A stretch of 64,000 bases of DNA, taken from the NCBI RefSeq assembly GCF_001194135.2, contig NC_068982.1, positions 115,443,428 through 115,507,427 of the forward strand. The letters are read 5' to 3'. The position numbers and the translations under genes are program-made. The notes under the pieces were generated by a model. That model saw only the letters and a program-made list of their open reading frames with translations. It did not search any database and had not been told where the DNA came from. Shown piece by piece: positions 12,528-24,448 of the stretch. The number at the start of each line of letters is the position of its first letter. The stretch's first letter is position 1. The DNA comes from Octopus bimaculoides (taxonomy: Eukaryota).

Positions 12528-14896
12528 CGGGGGTTCCTTAGTCTTTGAGGTGCCACATATGGCAGGCCTAGGAAGTGATTAACAGTCTTTCTGGGCCTTT
12601 GAAGGATGACTGGTGGTTAAGAAAATATTTCTTGAACGAAGTACTCACTGAACCAATATTTTTATAAATATGAGATGTGGCCCTATTCGCACTCCTCGTA
12701 ACATATGGTGTGGGGCTGGTCATCCCATCAGTGTTGAAGATGAATGTTTGGTTCTCATCTGAGGTGGCGGAACTTGGAACAGCAGATACCTCCTCCAAGT
12801 CATTGGTTCTGGATAGGTCATTATTTCTGGGTGTGGCATTTGCACTAGTATTCACATACATTGTGGGCCTGGCCACTCTATCTGCATCTATAGTTTGTTC
12901 ATTATCCATGGCGGGGTACTGGGGTCTTCGGTGGCGCTGGTCCCGACTTGGTTATCTCTGGGCGTGACAACTGTATTGGTGTGAGACCTGGTTAATCTGC
13001 TAATAATATTGCTGTTTGATGTTACATTACTGTTATTACAGATATTAGGTCTAGGTATCACCGTAGCCTCATAGATAAACCCTTTAGCCTCGTATTGGCC
13101 TCCTACTGGACAGTTATTATACACCCTGCAAGAGCAACCTGCCTCCTCTTTTGTATTGTGGGTACTTGATAAAATGTTTTTTATGTTAGGTGCACAACTA
13201 AAGAAGACTTTTAGGTTGTGCGTGTTAAACAAGTGCCTGTATCTATGTGTGTGTGTAAAATGTTTGTCTATTAATCTAAGGAAAATCTTTCCCACATAAG
13301 TCTTGACATTGAGTGAGAAGGGTGGAGCAAACCAAATGACATTTCTGCAGCGCTTCTTTTTCCGGATGATAGGGCCAGGCATGTAGGAGATGCAGTCCTT
13401 GAACTCACTCGATGCCAGTGCCTTATTGTAGTAGGGAGCAGCAGCATCAAAGATATCTTGGCTTGAGGATAGATTCGAGATCCTTTCACTATGTTCTTGA
13501 AAACTAGTGGGGGGGGGGGCGGTGAAGGAGGCTGCGCTAATATAAGACAGTCTCTCATTTGGTTTGTGATAGGGCCTGTATGTACAAGAGCCTAGATCTA
13601 AAAAAATCTACTGTGGTGAGATTAGTCTCAATGGTGACCTTGAGACCCATTGAGCCTAAGGTGTAAATTAGGTCCTTTCTAAGTCTATCTAATGTGTGGC
13701 TGTTGGCTCCTCTAGAGATAGCTAAGGTGTCATCTCTGTAGAAGCCAAAGAAGATCAAAGGAAACCTCTTCTCTAAGGTGTCCAGGATGTACAGTCTGAT
13801 AAGATCACAGACGTCGGCGCAGTCATATGCTCCCATAGCTACATCAAAGGATCCCTCAGGATTAGATTGCTTGACACAAGTCAAATCTTTGCTGAACAGC
13901 ACCATTTTCCTGGCATGCATGATAACTAACATCACTATCACTAATATCTGTGAAGCCCTTAGCAAAGGAAAGTGCCTTCAATAAAAACTCTTTAGAAAAA
14001 GATGGATGAAAGTCAACAATGTGAAACTGTGTAAATCTAGCCCTGCCTCTGTCCTGGTTGGAAATGAACCACGAGGTTATTTCTTATGACATCATTAATC
14101 CTCCTCAGTATATACTTACTCGCCTGGCCAATCTCAGACTTGGTTAGGTTCATCAGGCGGTATTTGGGGTTAGAGGCAAAATTTGGCTTGTGATCTTTCA
14201 GAGTTATAAAAGCATTTCTCTTGGCCAAGATCTCTTCTCTGTCTGCTATACTTTGATTAACTGCTATTTGTTTCGCCTCACAGTTAGTGTTATTGTGTGG
14301 AGAGAAGTCTGTCTGTATTTTTGTGTGATTGAATCATTTAAAAGCTAATTGTAAATGTATGTATCTATCATGTATAAGTTCTTAGTCTTATCCGAGAAGA
14401 TTAAGGACCTGTTAGAGTTTCTTATTTTATATCTTCACGGAGTTTGCTTTGAAAAGGGGAAAAGGATTTACGGAATTTCGGCCTGGGTATTATGCCCAGT
14501 AGGTCTGCTTTGGAGGCCTCAAGTTCCTCGATTCTAGAGAACTTCCTCGATTTGATATCTATGTATTAGCCTCAGAAGGTGGCGTACTTTGATCATAGAA
14601 AAACACCTTCCATCTCATATGCCTTATAAGGTCTATCATTTTCTCCAGTAACATTTTCGTGTAGACTTCATTAGAAGGTATAGGGACATTTTTTGTAGAA
14701 TATCCTAAATTGAAATGTTCCATGTTATCCTTGAGGTAACAATTGATGATACGCTGAAGCGCAGGTCTCTGTATAGTAATCAAATGTAGATGATGTAGTG
14801 ACTTCGTAAGACACTCTGTAACCAGGTTGTGGATAGACAGTTAATAAAAAAAACATATATCAGAAAGAAGCACACTCTAAGAAATAGAGCAGTAGT

Positions 14897-15310
14897 TATT
14901 ACAACAAAATTTTATATAGAGTTATCCAAGGTTTTGCACTCACAAAGCCCAAGCCTTGTGGACAGCTCATCAGATTCTATATGAATACAAAATTTTAAAA
15001 TATCTACATTGCAGATGTGAGGAAACGTTCAGAACTTGAGGAATAAGAAAAAACGTTAATGAGGATGGGTTATTTTCCCTTAATAGACTTGGGGAGGCCT
15101 AATGAATAAACAGGGAGATCCAATTTTCTAGTAAGTAGTGCTTGAGTGGATACATTTAGAAAACTCTTCTTTACGGCTGCTTAATTTGCCAGGCTTCTTA
15201 TAGTCCTTAAGAATTTTGGTTCACTTTGTGATGCAGATCTTGCAATGGCCACTTCCATTAATATACATCATCGGACCTGCATAATCAATTAAATTCAACC
15301 TGATATCACA
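14897..15310 (-). repeat. PLE 5' pseudo-LTR
   Basis: Direct repeat of 12162-12527, bracketed by a 28-bp inverted repeat (14863-14890 / 15311-15338). Confidence 0.85.
14914..14982 (-). ncRNA. Hammerhead relic in the 5' pseudo-LTR
   Basis: ATATAGAAT-CTGATGA-GC[stem II]GC-AAAA-CCTTGGA-TA-ACTCTATAT; stem I 8 of 9 bp; G12 changed to A. Confidence 0.6.
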
Positions 15311-15376
15311 GCTCTATTTTTTAGAGTGTGCTTCTTTCACACACACACACACATATATATATATATGTATATATAT

Positions 15377-15518
15377 ATCATCATCATCATCATCATCGTT
15401 TAACGTCCGCCTTCCATGCTAGCATGGGTTGGACGATTTGACTGAGGACTGGTGAAACCGGATGGCAACACTAGGCTCCAATCTAATTGGAGCCTGGTGT
15501 TGCCATCCGGTTTCACCA
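15377..15518 (-). mobile_element. RTE 3' end with a fold-back (inverted) 5' truncation
   Basis: (CAT)n plus terminal module, then 15450-15482 repeated in inverted orientation at 15486-15518. Confidence 0.75.
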
Positions 15519-15528
15519 TATATATATG

Positions 15529-15630
<102 letters not shown>

Positions 15631-16420
15631 ATCACACATACATACATACAAACCAATACGTAACTCAAGGGAGGAAACTACTTTCTAACAACAGGTACAT
15701 CAATCTGGGGGTGATAAAAACGTTACCCCAGCATAGAGACAGTTCTACAATCATAGCCAGTGCAAGAATTTCTAGAAATTTTACTTAAACAGATTTTTTC
15801 CTGTTTTCAGTCCATATTGTTTCATGAATGAACTATTAATGTATTAACACATGTATTAACAATTGAGATTCAGAGATGGTTTTTGTAGCATTAAACAAAT
15901 AAAAGACAAATTTTCATTAGGAAAGGAAGATAGGCTTTTTACAGGTAATTTTTCAGGAAAATTCGACATGTATTTACTACAGCAAGTTGAACTGAGACAA
16001 TAGTGAATAAAGAGTTTGGGCAAAAAATGCAGCAAAATCACTGCAGTAGACAATGAACTCCCAATCCAGGGGCTAGTAGCCTAACACTATTGATTTAACT
16101 TTGTTTCTAAAAATTCTAATATTTGCATGCTGTTAGCAGTTGATTTCTTTTTTACAACAGCTAGATGCTCTTCCTAATGCTGATCTATTACATTCACAAT
16201 TGCTAGACAGTGGGTTTGAATCCCTGACTTAGTAGCACATTGTTTTTTTTAATAAAACATTTCATTTGATGTTGTTCCAGACCCCACATGTGATCAGGAG
16301 GGATCTTGGCCTGTTCACCTAGCCAGCAGGGCGGCATTATTTGAAGGCTAAATCAATGCAAAAGTGCATTGTAACCAATGATGTGTAACAATATCTGATA
16401 GCCTGGCTGGTCATATGACC

Positions 16421-16461
<41 letters not shown>

Positions 16462-16805
16462 GAATTATTATCAAAGAATATATATATGTATTTTTATATA
16501 TTTATTTTAATACTTAAACTGTTTTTAACATTTTCTTATTATTATCAAAGAATGTATATTTGTATTTTAATACTTTTGTGACAACCAGTATTTAACACAA
16601 CAAAGCTTATACAAAGCTTTACATTTTACATTTGACAATCTTTTTCAAAAAAAGGGAAACCGGTCAAGTGAATAAACATCTTTAAAATTGCATTTTTAAA
16701 CCTTCTTTCATATATATTTCCACTTGTGCAGTATCTTACAACTTTACTTTGATATATATATATATATATGCATATGCATATATATATATTTATATGTATA
16801 TCGTA

Positions 16806-17216
16806 GCTGTGGTCAGTGCCACCTGACTGGCTACCGTGCCGGTGGCATGTAAAAAGCATCATCCAAATATGGTCAATGCCAGTACCCCCTGACTGGCTCC
16901 CATGCCAGTGGCATATAAAAAGCACCATCTGAACGTGGCCGATGCCAGTACCTCCTGACTGGCCTCCATGCCGGTGGTACGTAAAAAGCACTATCTGAAC
17001 ATGATCGATGCCAGGCCCACCTGACTGGCTACTGTGCCAGTGGCACATAAAAAGCACCCACTACACTCTCAGAGTGGCTGGTGTTAGGAAGGGCATCCAG
17101 CTGTAGAAACATTGAAAGATCAGATTGGAGCCGGGTGCAGCTGCTGGCTCTCCAGACCTCAGTCAAACCATCCAATCCATGCCAGCATGGAAAACGGACG
17201 TTATATGATGATGATG
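16806..17216 (+). mobile_element. RTE 3' UTR copy with about 4 tandem ~70-bp units
   Basis: Repeated GCCAGT..ACTGGC..GTGCCGGTGGCA..TAAAAAGCACC units, terminal module and (GAT)n tail. Confidence 0.8.
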
Positions 17217-17473
17217 TATCTTATTTTTTATCTTGTTTCATTCATTAGACTGTGGCCACACTGGGGCATCACCTTGAAGAATTTTTTTGTTGAATGAACT
17301 GACCCCAGAACTTATTTTTAATAAATCTATCAGTCTGTTTTGCCAAACTACTAAATTATAGGGATGTAAACACATCAACACTGGTTGTCAAGCAGTGCTG
17401 GGCAACAAACAGACATAAAGACACACACACATTATATATATATATATATAGATATATACTTACATATACATGC

Positions 17474-17632
17474 GATGGGCTTCTTTCCATTCCTGTTTAC
17501 CAAATCCACTCACAAGGATTTGGTTGATCTTAAGCTATAATAGAAGGCACTTACCTAAGATTCCATGCAGTGGGCCTTAACCTGGAACCCTGTGGATGAG
17601 AAACAGACTTCTTACCACACAGCCACACCTGC
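17474..17632 (-). mobile_element. SINE family B copy
   Basis: Minus strand GTGGCTGTGTGGTAAGAAG..GGTTCCAGGTTAAGGCCC head; matches the 803-1075 family. Confidence 0.7.
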
Positions 17633-17640
17633 ATCTATTT

Positions 17641-17800
17641 TCCATGTCAGCATGAGTTGGACAGTTTGACAGGAGCTGGCAAGCTAGAGAGTTGCACCAG
17701 GCTCCAACTATCTGTTTTAGCAAGGTTTCTACAGCTGGATGCCCTTCCTAATACCAGTAACTCTGCAGAGTGTACTGGGTGATTTTTACATGGCACCAGC
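17641..17800 (-). mobile_element. RTE 3' terminal module, degenerate
   Basis: CCAGGCTCCAA..GTTTCTACAGCTGGATGCCCTTCC motif. Confidence 0.65.
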
Positions 17801-17805
17801 AGAAG

Positions 17806-17866
<61 letters not shown>

Positions 17867-18369
17867 AAAGTGTTAGGTGTGATGTACAGAATTAGATATT
17901 GAAAAAAAAAGTCGTCAGAANNNNNNNNNNNNNNNNNNNNNNNNNNNNNNNNNNNNNNNNNNNNNNNNNNNNNNNNNNNNNNNNNNNNNNNNNNNNNNNN
18001 NNNNNNNNNNNNNNNNNNNNNNNNNNNNNNNNNNNNNNNNNNNNNNNNNNNNNNNNNNNNNNNNNNNNNNNNNNNNNNNNNNNNNNNNNNNNNNNNNNNN
18101 NNNNNNNNNNNNNNNNNNNNNNNNNNNNNNNNNNNNNNNNNNNNNNNNNNNNNNNNNNNNNNNNNNNNNNNNNNNNNNNNNNNNNNNNNNNNNNNNNNNN
18201 NNNNNNNNNNNNNNNNNNNNNNNNNNNNNNNNNNNNNNNNNNNNNNNNNNNNNNNNNNNNNNNNNNNNNNNNNNNNNNNNNNNNNNNNNNNNNNNNNNNN
18301 NNNNNNNNNNNNNNNNNNNNNNNNNNNNNNNNNNNNNNNNNNNNNNNNNNNNNNNNNNNNNNNNNNNNN

Positions 18370-18409
<40 letters not shown>

Positions 18410-20076
18410 AAAGCGGACGTTAAGCGATGATGATGATGATGACATACATACATAACTGAAATTTCATTTCCTCAAGTAATTATGTAAAATTCCATTTTAT
18501 CAAGTTTTATAAATTTCTATCATAAATTGAGTTATTTTACAGAAAAAAGTAACAGCATGACAATATCACTGGGTTATATACCTAGGTATATATTTGATAC
18601 TGATATCAGCATAATGATGATGCTGAATGAAGATGACTGAATGATGCTTCTTTAATGTATTTCTAAAATTCTACCTCAAGGGAAAGTATGGATTTTTCAA
18701 AATGTTGAAATACTGTTATTCTTCCATTTAAGCCAATTAAACTGAGACTGTATCAAAATTAAAAGCACTGAATCAAAAGAATCTCCTAATGTAAAACAAA
18801 AACACCACCAAAGATAATTCATGTTTCTAATCATTCTTTCCCTGTTGGTAAGACAAATCAGTTTAGAGAACAGTCTCTCCAGCTATTTTTATTGATTGTT
18901 ATAAAAATTGCTGTTAAACTGGTGGAGGCGATTCAAGCAAAATTATGTTTTTTGCTTGAGAATTGAAGTTTGATGAAATAAAGAATTTTTGCAGAATCAG
19001 ATTAAAATTTTGGTCAGAGATAAAATTCCATTTTAAGATTTAGTAATAACTGAAAATTACATTGTAGAACAAGCATCAAGCACTCATATGATATTGAGAG
19101 AGAGAATTACCACATGTCATAGTTAGAAAATCAGCAGAACTAACCAGAAGTGTCTCATGTTAGCATACTGAATGTCACATAAAATCTTTAGAAGATATAG
19201 AAAAATATGTTGTCATGTTTTCAGTTAGGATTCAACTGAGAACTAATTTTTCTGAAACCTATTATCTAAACTGCATGGATTGCCAGAGCTAACATATTTA
19301 GATAAAATAAATATTTGATGCTACAGCACTGGTTTTCAGGATAAGAGAAGATGTATCAAAAAGATGATATTCAATATCCTAAACATCCATTACAATCACA
19401 ACAAATAATTATACTATGCTAATAAAGGAAATCTGTTCCATAACAAATATTGTTGATAGATATGGATACATTTAGGCATGAAGTATTTTAGAACTGTTCT
19501 GGTCTGTATATCCCTCAATGACAAAAACAATGTCCTCTCAAATTCCAAATTAAAAAATATATAGTGCCAATATATTTTGACTTTGAAATCTTGTGAATGA
19601 AAGGGCTAAATCAGCAGTTGTCAATGAATGGTAGATTTACATTCTGGAAATTTGTTACAGTAGAAGCTTGCATGGAATAATGAAAGTGAAATGGAAGAGG
19701 TACAGAAATATAGAGTAGATTTGTGAGGAAAAATAGATCAATAACAATTTGTATTTACAAGATGGTGAAATAAGTTTGATGATTGGGATGTTTATCACTG
19801 AATGAAACTGGTTTTAACAGCAGTTTGTGTCATTCTTAAGTTACACGATTAGCATCACAGATGAAGAGAGAGACTTCAGTGATTCTGAGAGGTATATATC
19901 AATTGAGTAAAACAGCACATGTATAGACAATATCTTGCTCCAGAAGCTAGATATAAATTGTATACTGAAGCACTGATGTCAGTTTAGATATTTTAACAAT
20001 GTTTCAAGAGTGTTTGACACCTCATAGAATCAAGTTAGGAATTTTGACATAAATTATTAATGTAATAATCCAATAG

Positions 20077-20774
20077 TTATCTTTGATTGTATTCATATAA
20101 AGGCCTTATAAAAGAAAAAGGAGCAGAGTATTTGTCCATCCACGGAAGAAATTCATCCTTACGTTTAATGATAATTGTCATTAACATCATGGAATCAGAC
20201 TCAGCAGAATGTGCATTTATAGGTTCACTTCCAATTTCTCGCCTGTAAATGTCTCCCAGTTTGTATGAGATTTTGCCCTTTTTACAAAGAGGCTCATTAT
20301 CATCAAATGATTCATCTGAATTGTATTTATCTGAATTATCGACCTTTTCAGGGCTTGATTTTGGGGTCAGAAAAACACTGTTGCCCATACCTTTCCAAAG
20401 CCAAGTTTTTGCTTTATCAACTCCTTGAATTTGTGAGTTATTGGGTGTTTGGGAAGGATCATTGTAATTTCTTTTTGGTTCTTTTCTTGGTGTAATTGGA
20501 ATCATTTTTGAGTTTTTAGTTGGAGTGGTCATTATAGATGGTTTTATGGTGTCCAAATCCTTCACTGCCTTCAATGTATCAACACAGAGAAGATCCAACA
20601 TCAATGTTGCCTGCACATAACGAAGTTCAGCTTGTAAGAGACCAAAATCAAAATCATTTCCTCCATGGGCCACCAAACAAACTGGTTTTTTTAGTCTGGT
20701 TAAGAAACAGTCGAGAAGTTGAGTGGCGTTAATATCAAAGATGCTTTGGTCCTGCAATGCATCATTGAAAAGAC
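20077..20774 (-). CDS. TREX1/TREX2-like: TREX-family DEDDh 3'-5' exonuclease, exon 2 (last coding exon)
   Basis: Acceptor TTTTTACTTTTTCAG|GT at 20775/20774, phase 1 matching exon 1. ExoII CLVAHGGNDFDF, LCVDTL, SYKLGDIY, ExoIII AHSAESD, and C-terminal WMD...IRPLY. TAA at 20079-20077. First downstream AATAAA at 18893-18888. Confidence 0.92.
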
Positions 20775-23110
20775 CTGAAAAAGTAAAAACAAAAGCACAA
20801 AAATCATTAAAATGAAATAAACAATGCTAGTATTAAAGCAGTAATATAGCAGCCTTCATTTGTTTTTACAAGTCAATCAGAGAAGGAACAAGTAATGCTC
20901 ATAAGCCTTAAACATGTGCTGAATGAAGTTTCATACATAAGGGCTTATAGTGTAGAAGTAAAGAAAAGGTTACAGCGTGGACACATTGGAGTTACAGTAA
21001 GGACAGGTATGGGAGTTATGGTGGTGACACAGGTGGGGTGTACAGGGTTGACATGTGGGGTTACAGTGAGGAAACCAAGTATGAGAATTAGAGTGTGAAC
21101 ACATGCACAAATGATGAACAGACAAGACAAAAAATATTTTATTTATATGGTGACCGAATGAGGTAAAATAACAATTTCAGGTAGTTAATTACATGAAGTA
21201 CTGAACCCAGTATCTTTCATGGCATACTCAGATTGTTGAAAAAAATCGATAATAGGGCCTCTGAAAGGGATTTTTATATATATCTAATATATTTAATTTT
21301 AACTGCCAAGGGAAATAACCCATTCATTTTCCTAAATCATTTGGTATAAATCAAATTGAGTATGCTTATTTCTTAGTATTTGAAATGTTAGAGTTATTTT
21401 CACAATTTATCCAGTGCAACCCTTAAACAAATAAATAGTATTTTCCTAAACAAAAGATCCACTTATTTAAGCTAGTGACTTATTCATGAATATACCAACA
21501 CTAGCGCTGCTGAAGGTAATATTCTCTGTGAACGCACAAAAACCCTTTTCAGAGTTATTTACTTTGAATTGTTATCTCATATCTGATTAGCCTGTTATTG
21601 CATAACATGCTTCATGATTTACATACCTTATTAGTATTTCCTCCTAAGTTCTATATACTCTGGGAATGCATTAAAGCTCTTTTCGGGGCTACTTTATTTG
21701 AATTCTTACTATCGGGTAACTAATTTCATGTTATTACATAACTGACTTCATAATTTGGATATCCATAACTTATTGGGAATTCCTAAAAACAAGATCTGTG
21801 TAAGACAGTTTGATATTCTCTGTAAATGCACAAAAACGGTTTTAAGCATCACTGTCATACAAACGATGTTTGCTTCCAGTCTTCCATGAAAAACATGTCT
21901 GGCTATAGGAAATATTACCTAGCTTGTAAATAAGTTAGACTTAAAATGTGAAAGTAATCCAGCTTTTCCTACTGCCAAGCCTCACCTGTTTACAAGCAAG
22001 GTAATATTTCCCATTGCCAGACATATTTTTCATGGAAGTTTCAAAACCAATACATACAGAAATGGTGAAATAGAGTAGCCTTGAAAATTAAGTGCAGTTT
22101 CAGAATGACCATGTAGAATGCACACCAAGTTGATGCCACTGCATAAAAGAGACCCAGTACATTGAACCAATTTCTTCAAGAACATTTACAAAACCAGACT
22201 TTCCTAACTACTCTGCAATGTATCATATACAGAAGTTGGTGGTGTATTTATTTGGACCATGGAAAGCTGTGATCACAGGCATTCCAAACCTGATCATCTT
22301 GCCTTTTCAGGTCTATATTATCCTATATGTCATTCCATTTTTAAGACAAGAAGGTATGATTTAAAGATTTTGCTGCAATTTCTAATAGATTCCTTACTAC
22401 CACCAAGAAGAGTCGAATGCGGTAATGAAGGGTCTTATTTAGAACAAGTGGTATTGCATCTCCCATTTGAAGCAACTTGTACTAACTTCTGTGAACATTT
22501 GGGTAGTCATTAACTATGTTTTCATCTTGTAAACATAAAATACTTAGTGACTCCAACTGAAACAATTGTGAAAGACACTGGATGTTTAATAGTATCTAAT
22601 CCGTACTTAGCAGTCCGTTATTAAACATTATCGAACACTTTCGTTCATTAATACTTTTGCGTGAACTCAGAAACGAAAAAGTGTCCAGTAATTTGCATGT
22701 GCTTGTACTCCAACTTATTTAACCTGTTAGGTTACAATTTACCGTCGCAAAAAAGTGAAAGTAAATTATCTTAGAAAAAACAAAAAAAGAGAAATAAAAT
22801 GGAAGCGATGACAGTGACACTAAAATTTCACTAAGTACGTTTCATATCTGATCCATAGGCTTCCTATGTGGGTCTTGGCAACTTCTAAAACAAAAGAGTT
22901 TAATATCTAATTTCACATATACTTATATGTGAGTGTGAAACTGATAAAATTTCTACAAGGCGTATTTTTAGAAAATTTCTTTTAAAAATATCAATTTTTC
23001 TGGAAGTTATGACGCAACAAAGTCATGCACACATGTAGAGGTATGCCTAATTCTGTGTATGCACATGTATTTACAGTAAATTTTACCGTATTTACTAGAT
23101 TGCTGACATT

Positions 23111-23118
23111 TATCGATA
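23111..23118. promoter_or_regulatory. TATCGATA (DRE-type palindrome) in TREX-like intron 1
   Basis: Exact 8-mer 190 nt from the donor. DREF binding to this motif is established in Drosophila, not shown here. Confidence 0.2.
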
Positions 23119-23308
23119 GTCAAAACGAAGGATACACAATTTTACGACGGTAAATTACATGTTAACTTTGTATTATTTGTGTATATGTGTGCTTGTAAAT
23201 GTTTCTTATTGATGAACGTGTGTGCAATATAGTACGTCTCCTTCTCTCAGCCAAACACAAAGCGAAGATACACCAACAACAGAGCTAAAAAAAAATACTT
23301 TTACTTAC

Positions 23309-23576
23309 GAGTGAGTTTAGAGGCAGCTGGAGTGATTAGTTTATTGGGATAAAAACACAGGCGAAGGTTGTTTAATACGCGAGGGCGGGTGTACGATAGT
23401 TCGTTGCGGCTTACAGCAATCATAGCCAATTCAGTAATCTTAGGTCGGTTTCCAATCTCGTTCAGTCCAGTGGTTTCTAAATCGAAGAAAACAAACGTAT
23501 TGATCTTTCGGAATGAAAATGATGATGACGACGGTGATGTTGTTTCTGAAGATGTAGACGATGATGGGGTAGCCAT
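23309..23576 (-). CDS. TREX1/TREX2-like: TREX-family exonuclease, exon 1
   Basis: AAGCATGG start context; ExoI TFVFFDLETTGL, KITELAMIAV, PRVLNNLRLCFYP; donor C|GTAAGT at 23309/23308; 2534-nt intron; joined CDS 966 nt, 321 aa. Confidence 0.92.
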
Positions 23577-24448
23577 GCTTTGAACCTAGAACTTCTGCTT
23601 TTGTATAAATAACAACCTCGACAGTTTCAATAACTACCGAATAAACATTATTTTGATAGAAATAGAAAAAAAAAAGATTATTTGACAGCTATAATAAATA
23701 CTAAAGCCACCTCTAGGCAGTATTATATAAAGTGAGGTATATATACATATACGTGTGTGAACCACCAAATAAACTGTGAAATTTCAATTGCGATTGTTCC
23801 ATGATTCATAACAATACAATTAGAATAAGTAACAGTGAAAGCACACCCACACGTATATGGGAGATAACTGTTGTACGTAATTTATGAAGAGTTCTTTAAT
23901 TTCTTGGTTGTCTATGATCTTTCCCTGCTCATATTCATTTTTAGCTACACTAAGGGGTCATGATGTTAGGTATAACTGATTATATAAGTAAGTGGTCTAC
24001 GAACTACTTACCAAAATATTAGACTTTTTTTTGTCTCGCTTCTCTTCATTAACGAAAGAAGAGAAAATAAAAAGGTAGAGATTGCGACCATGTAACTATA
24101 TAAATTTTTCCTTCTTCTCCACGTTGTTGAACTAACTAATCATTATAATATGTATTTTATATTATATAATCTCACATAAATCAATGTATTTCACACTCTG
24201 ATTACGACAAACGGAGATGGAGTGAATGACAGAGACACTAAACGTGAGAAATTCAGCTGTGATGTCGCTGGTATTTTTATCAAAATGAAACAAAATTTTT
24301 ATCGTGAATTATTTCTAATTTATCAATTTCATAAATATACACGCATTCACACACACACACACGAAATTAAATACTAAATTCTTTTCAAAAATTGACCATG
24401 TAACACACATAAATAATAGGAAATGGAATGAACGATATTCTTTATTTA

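Larger units (their letters stand above)
12162..15338 (-). mobile_element. Penelope-like retroelement (RT with C-terminal GIY-YIG), decayed, probably Hydra clade
   Basis: Fragments in order: MEHFNLGYSTKNVPIP (ATG 14723); AFITLKDHKPNF; FDVAMGAYDC; FYRDD (YRDD 13729-13740); IWFAPPFS; CSCRVYNNCPVGGQY; GFIYEAT; NIGSVSTSFKK..NHQSSF; W..I..PY..GFCKICIIER. Direct terminal repeats present; multiple stops and frameshifts. Confidence 0.9.

Noticed and set aside
12162-15338. Selenocysteine-recoding (Naiad-type) explanation for PLE stops
   Set aside because: The endonuclease is C-terminal, and the disruptions include frameshifts and non-TGA stops, consistent with ordinary decay.
22628-22676. Partial hammerhead-like hits (minus 22628-22676; also near 1280-1320, 6560-6605, 50545-50600, 58485-58520)
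   Set aside because: Each lacks at least two of: full core, GAAA, stem III or stem I pairing.
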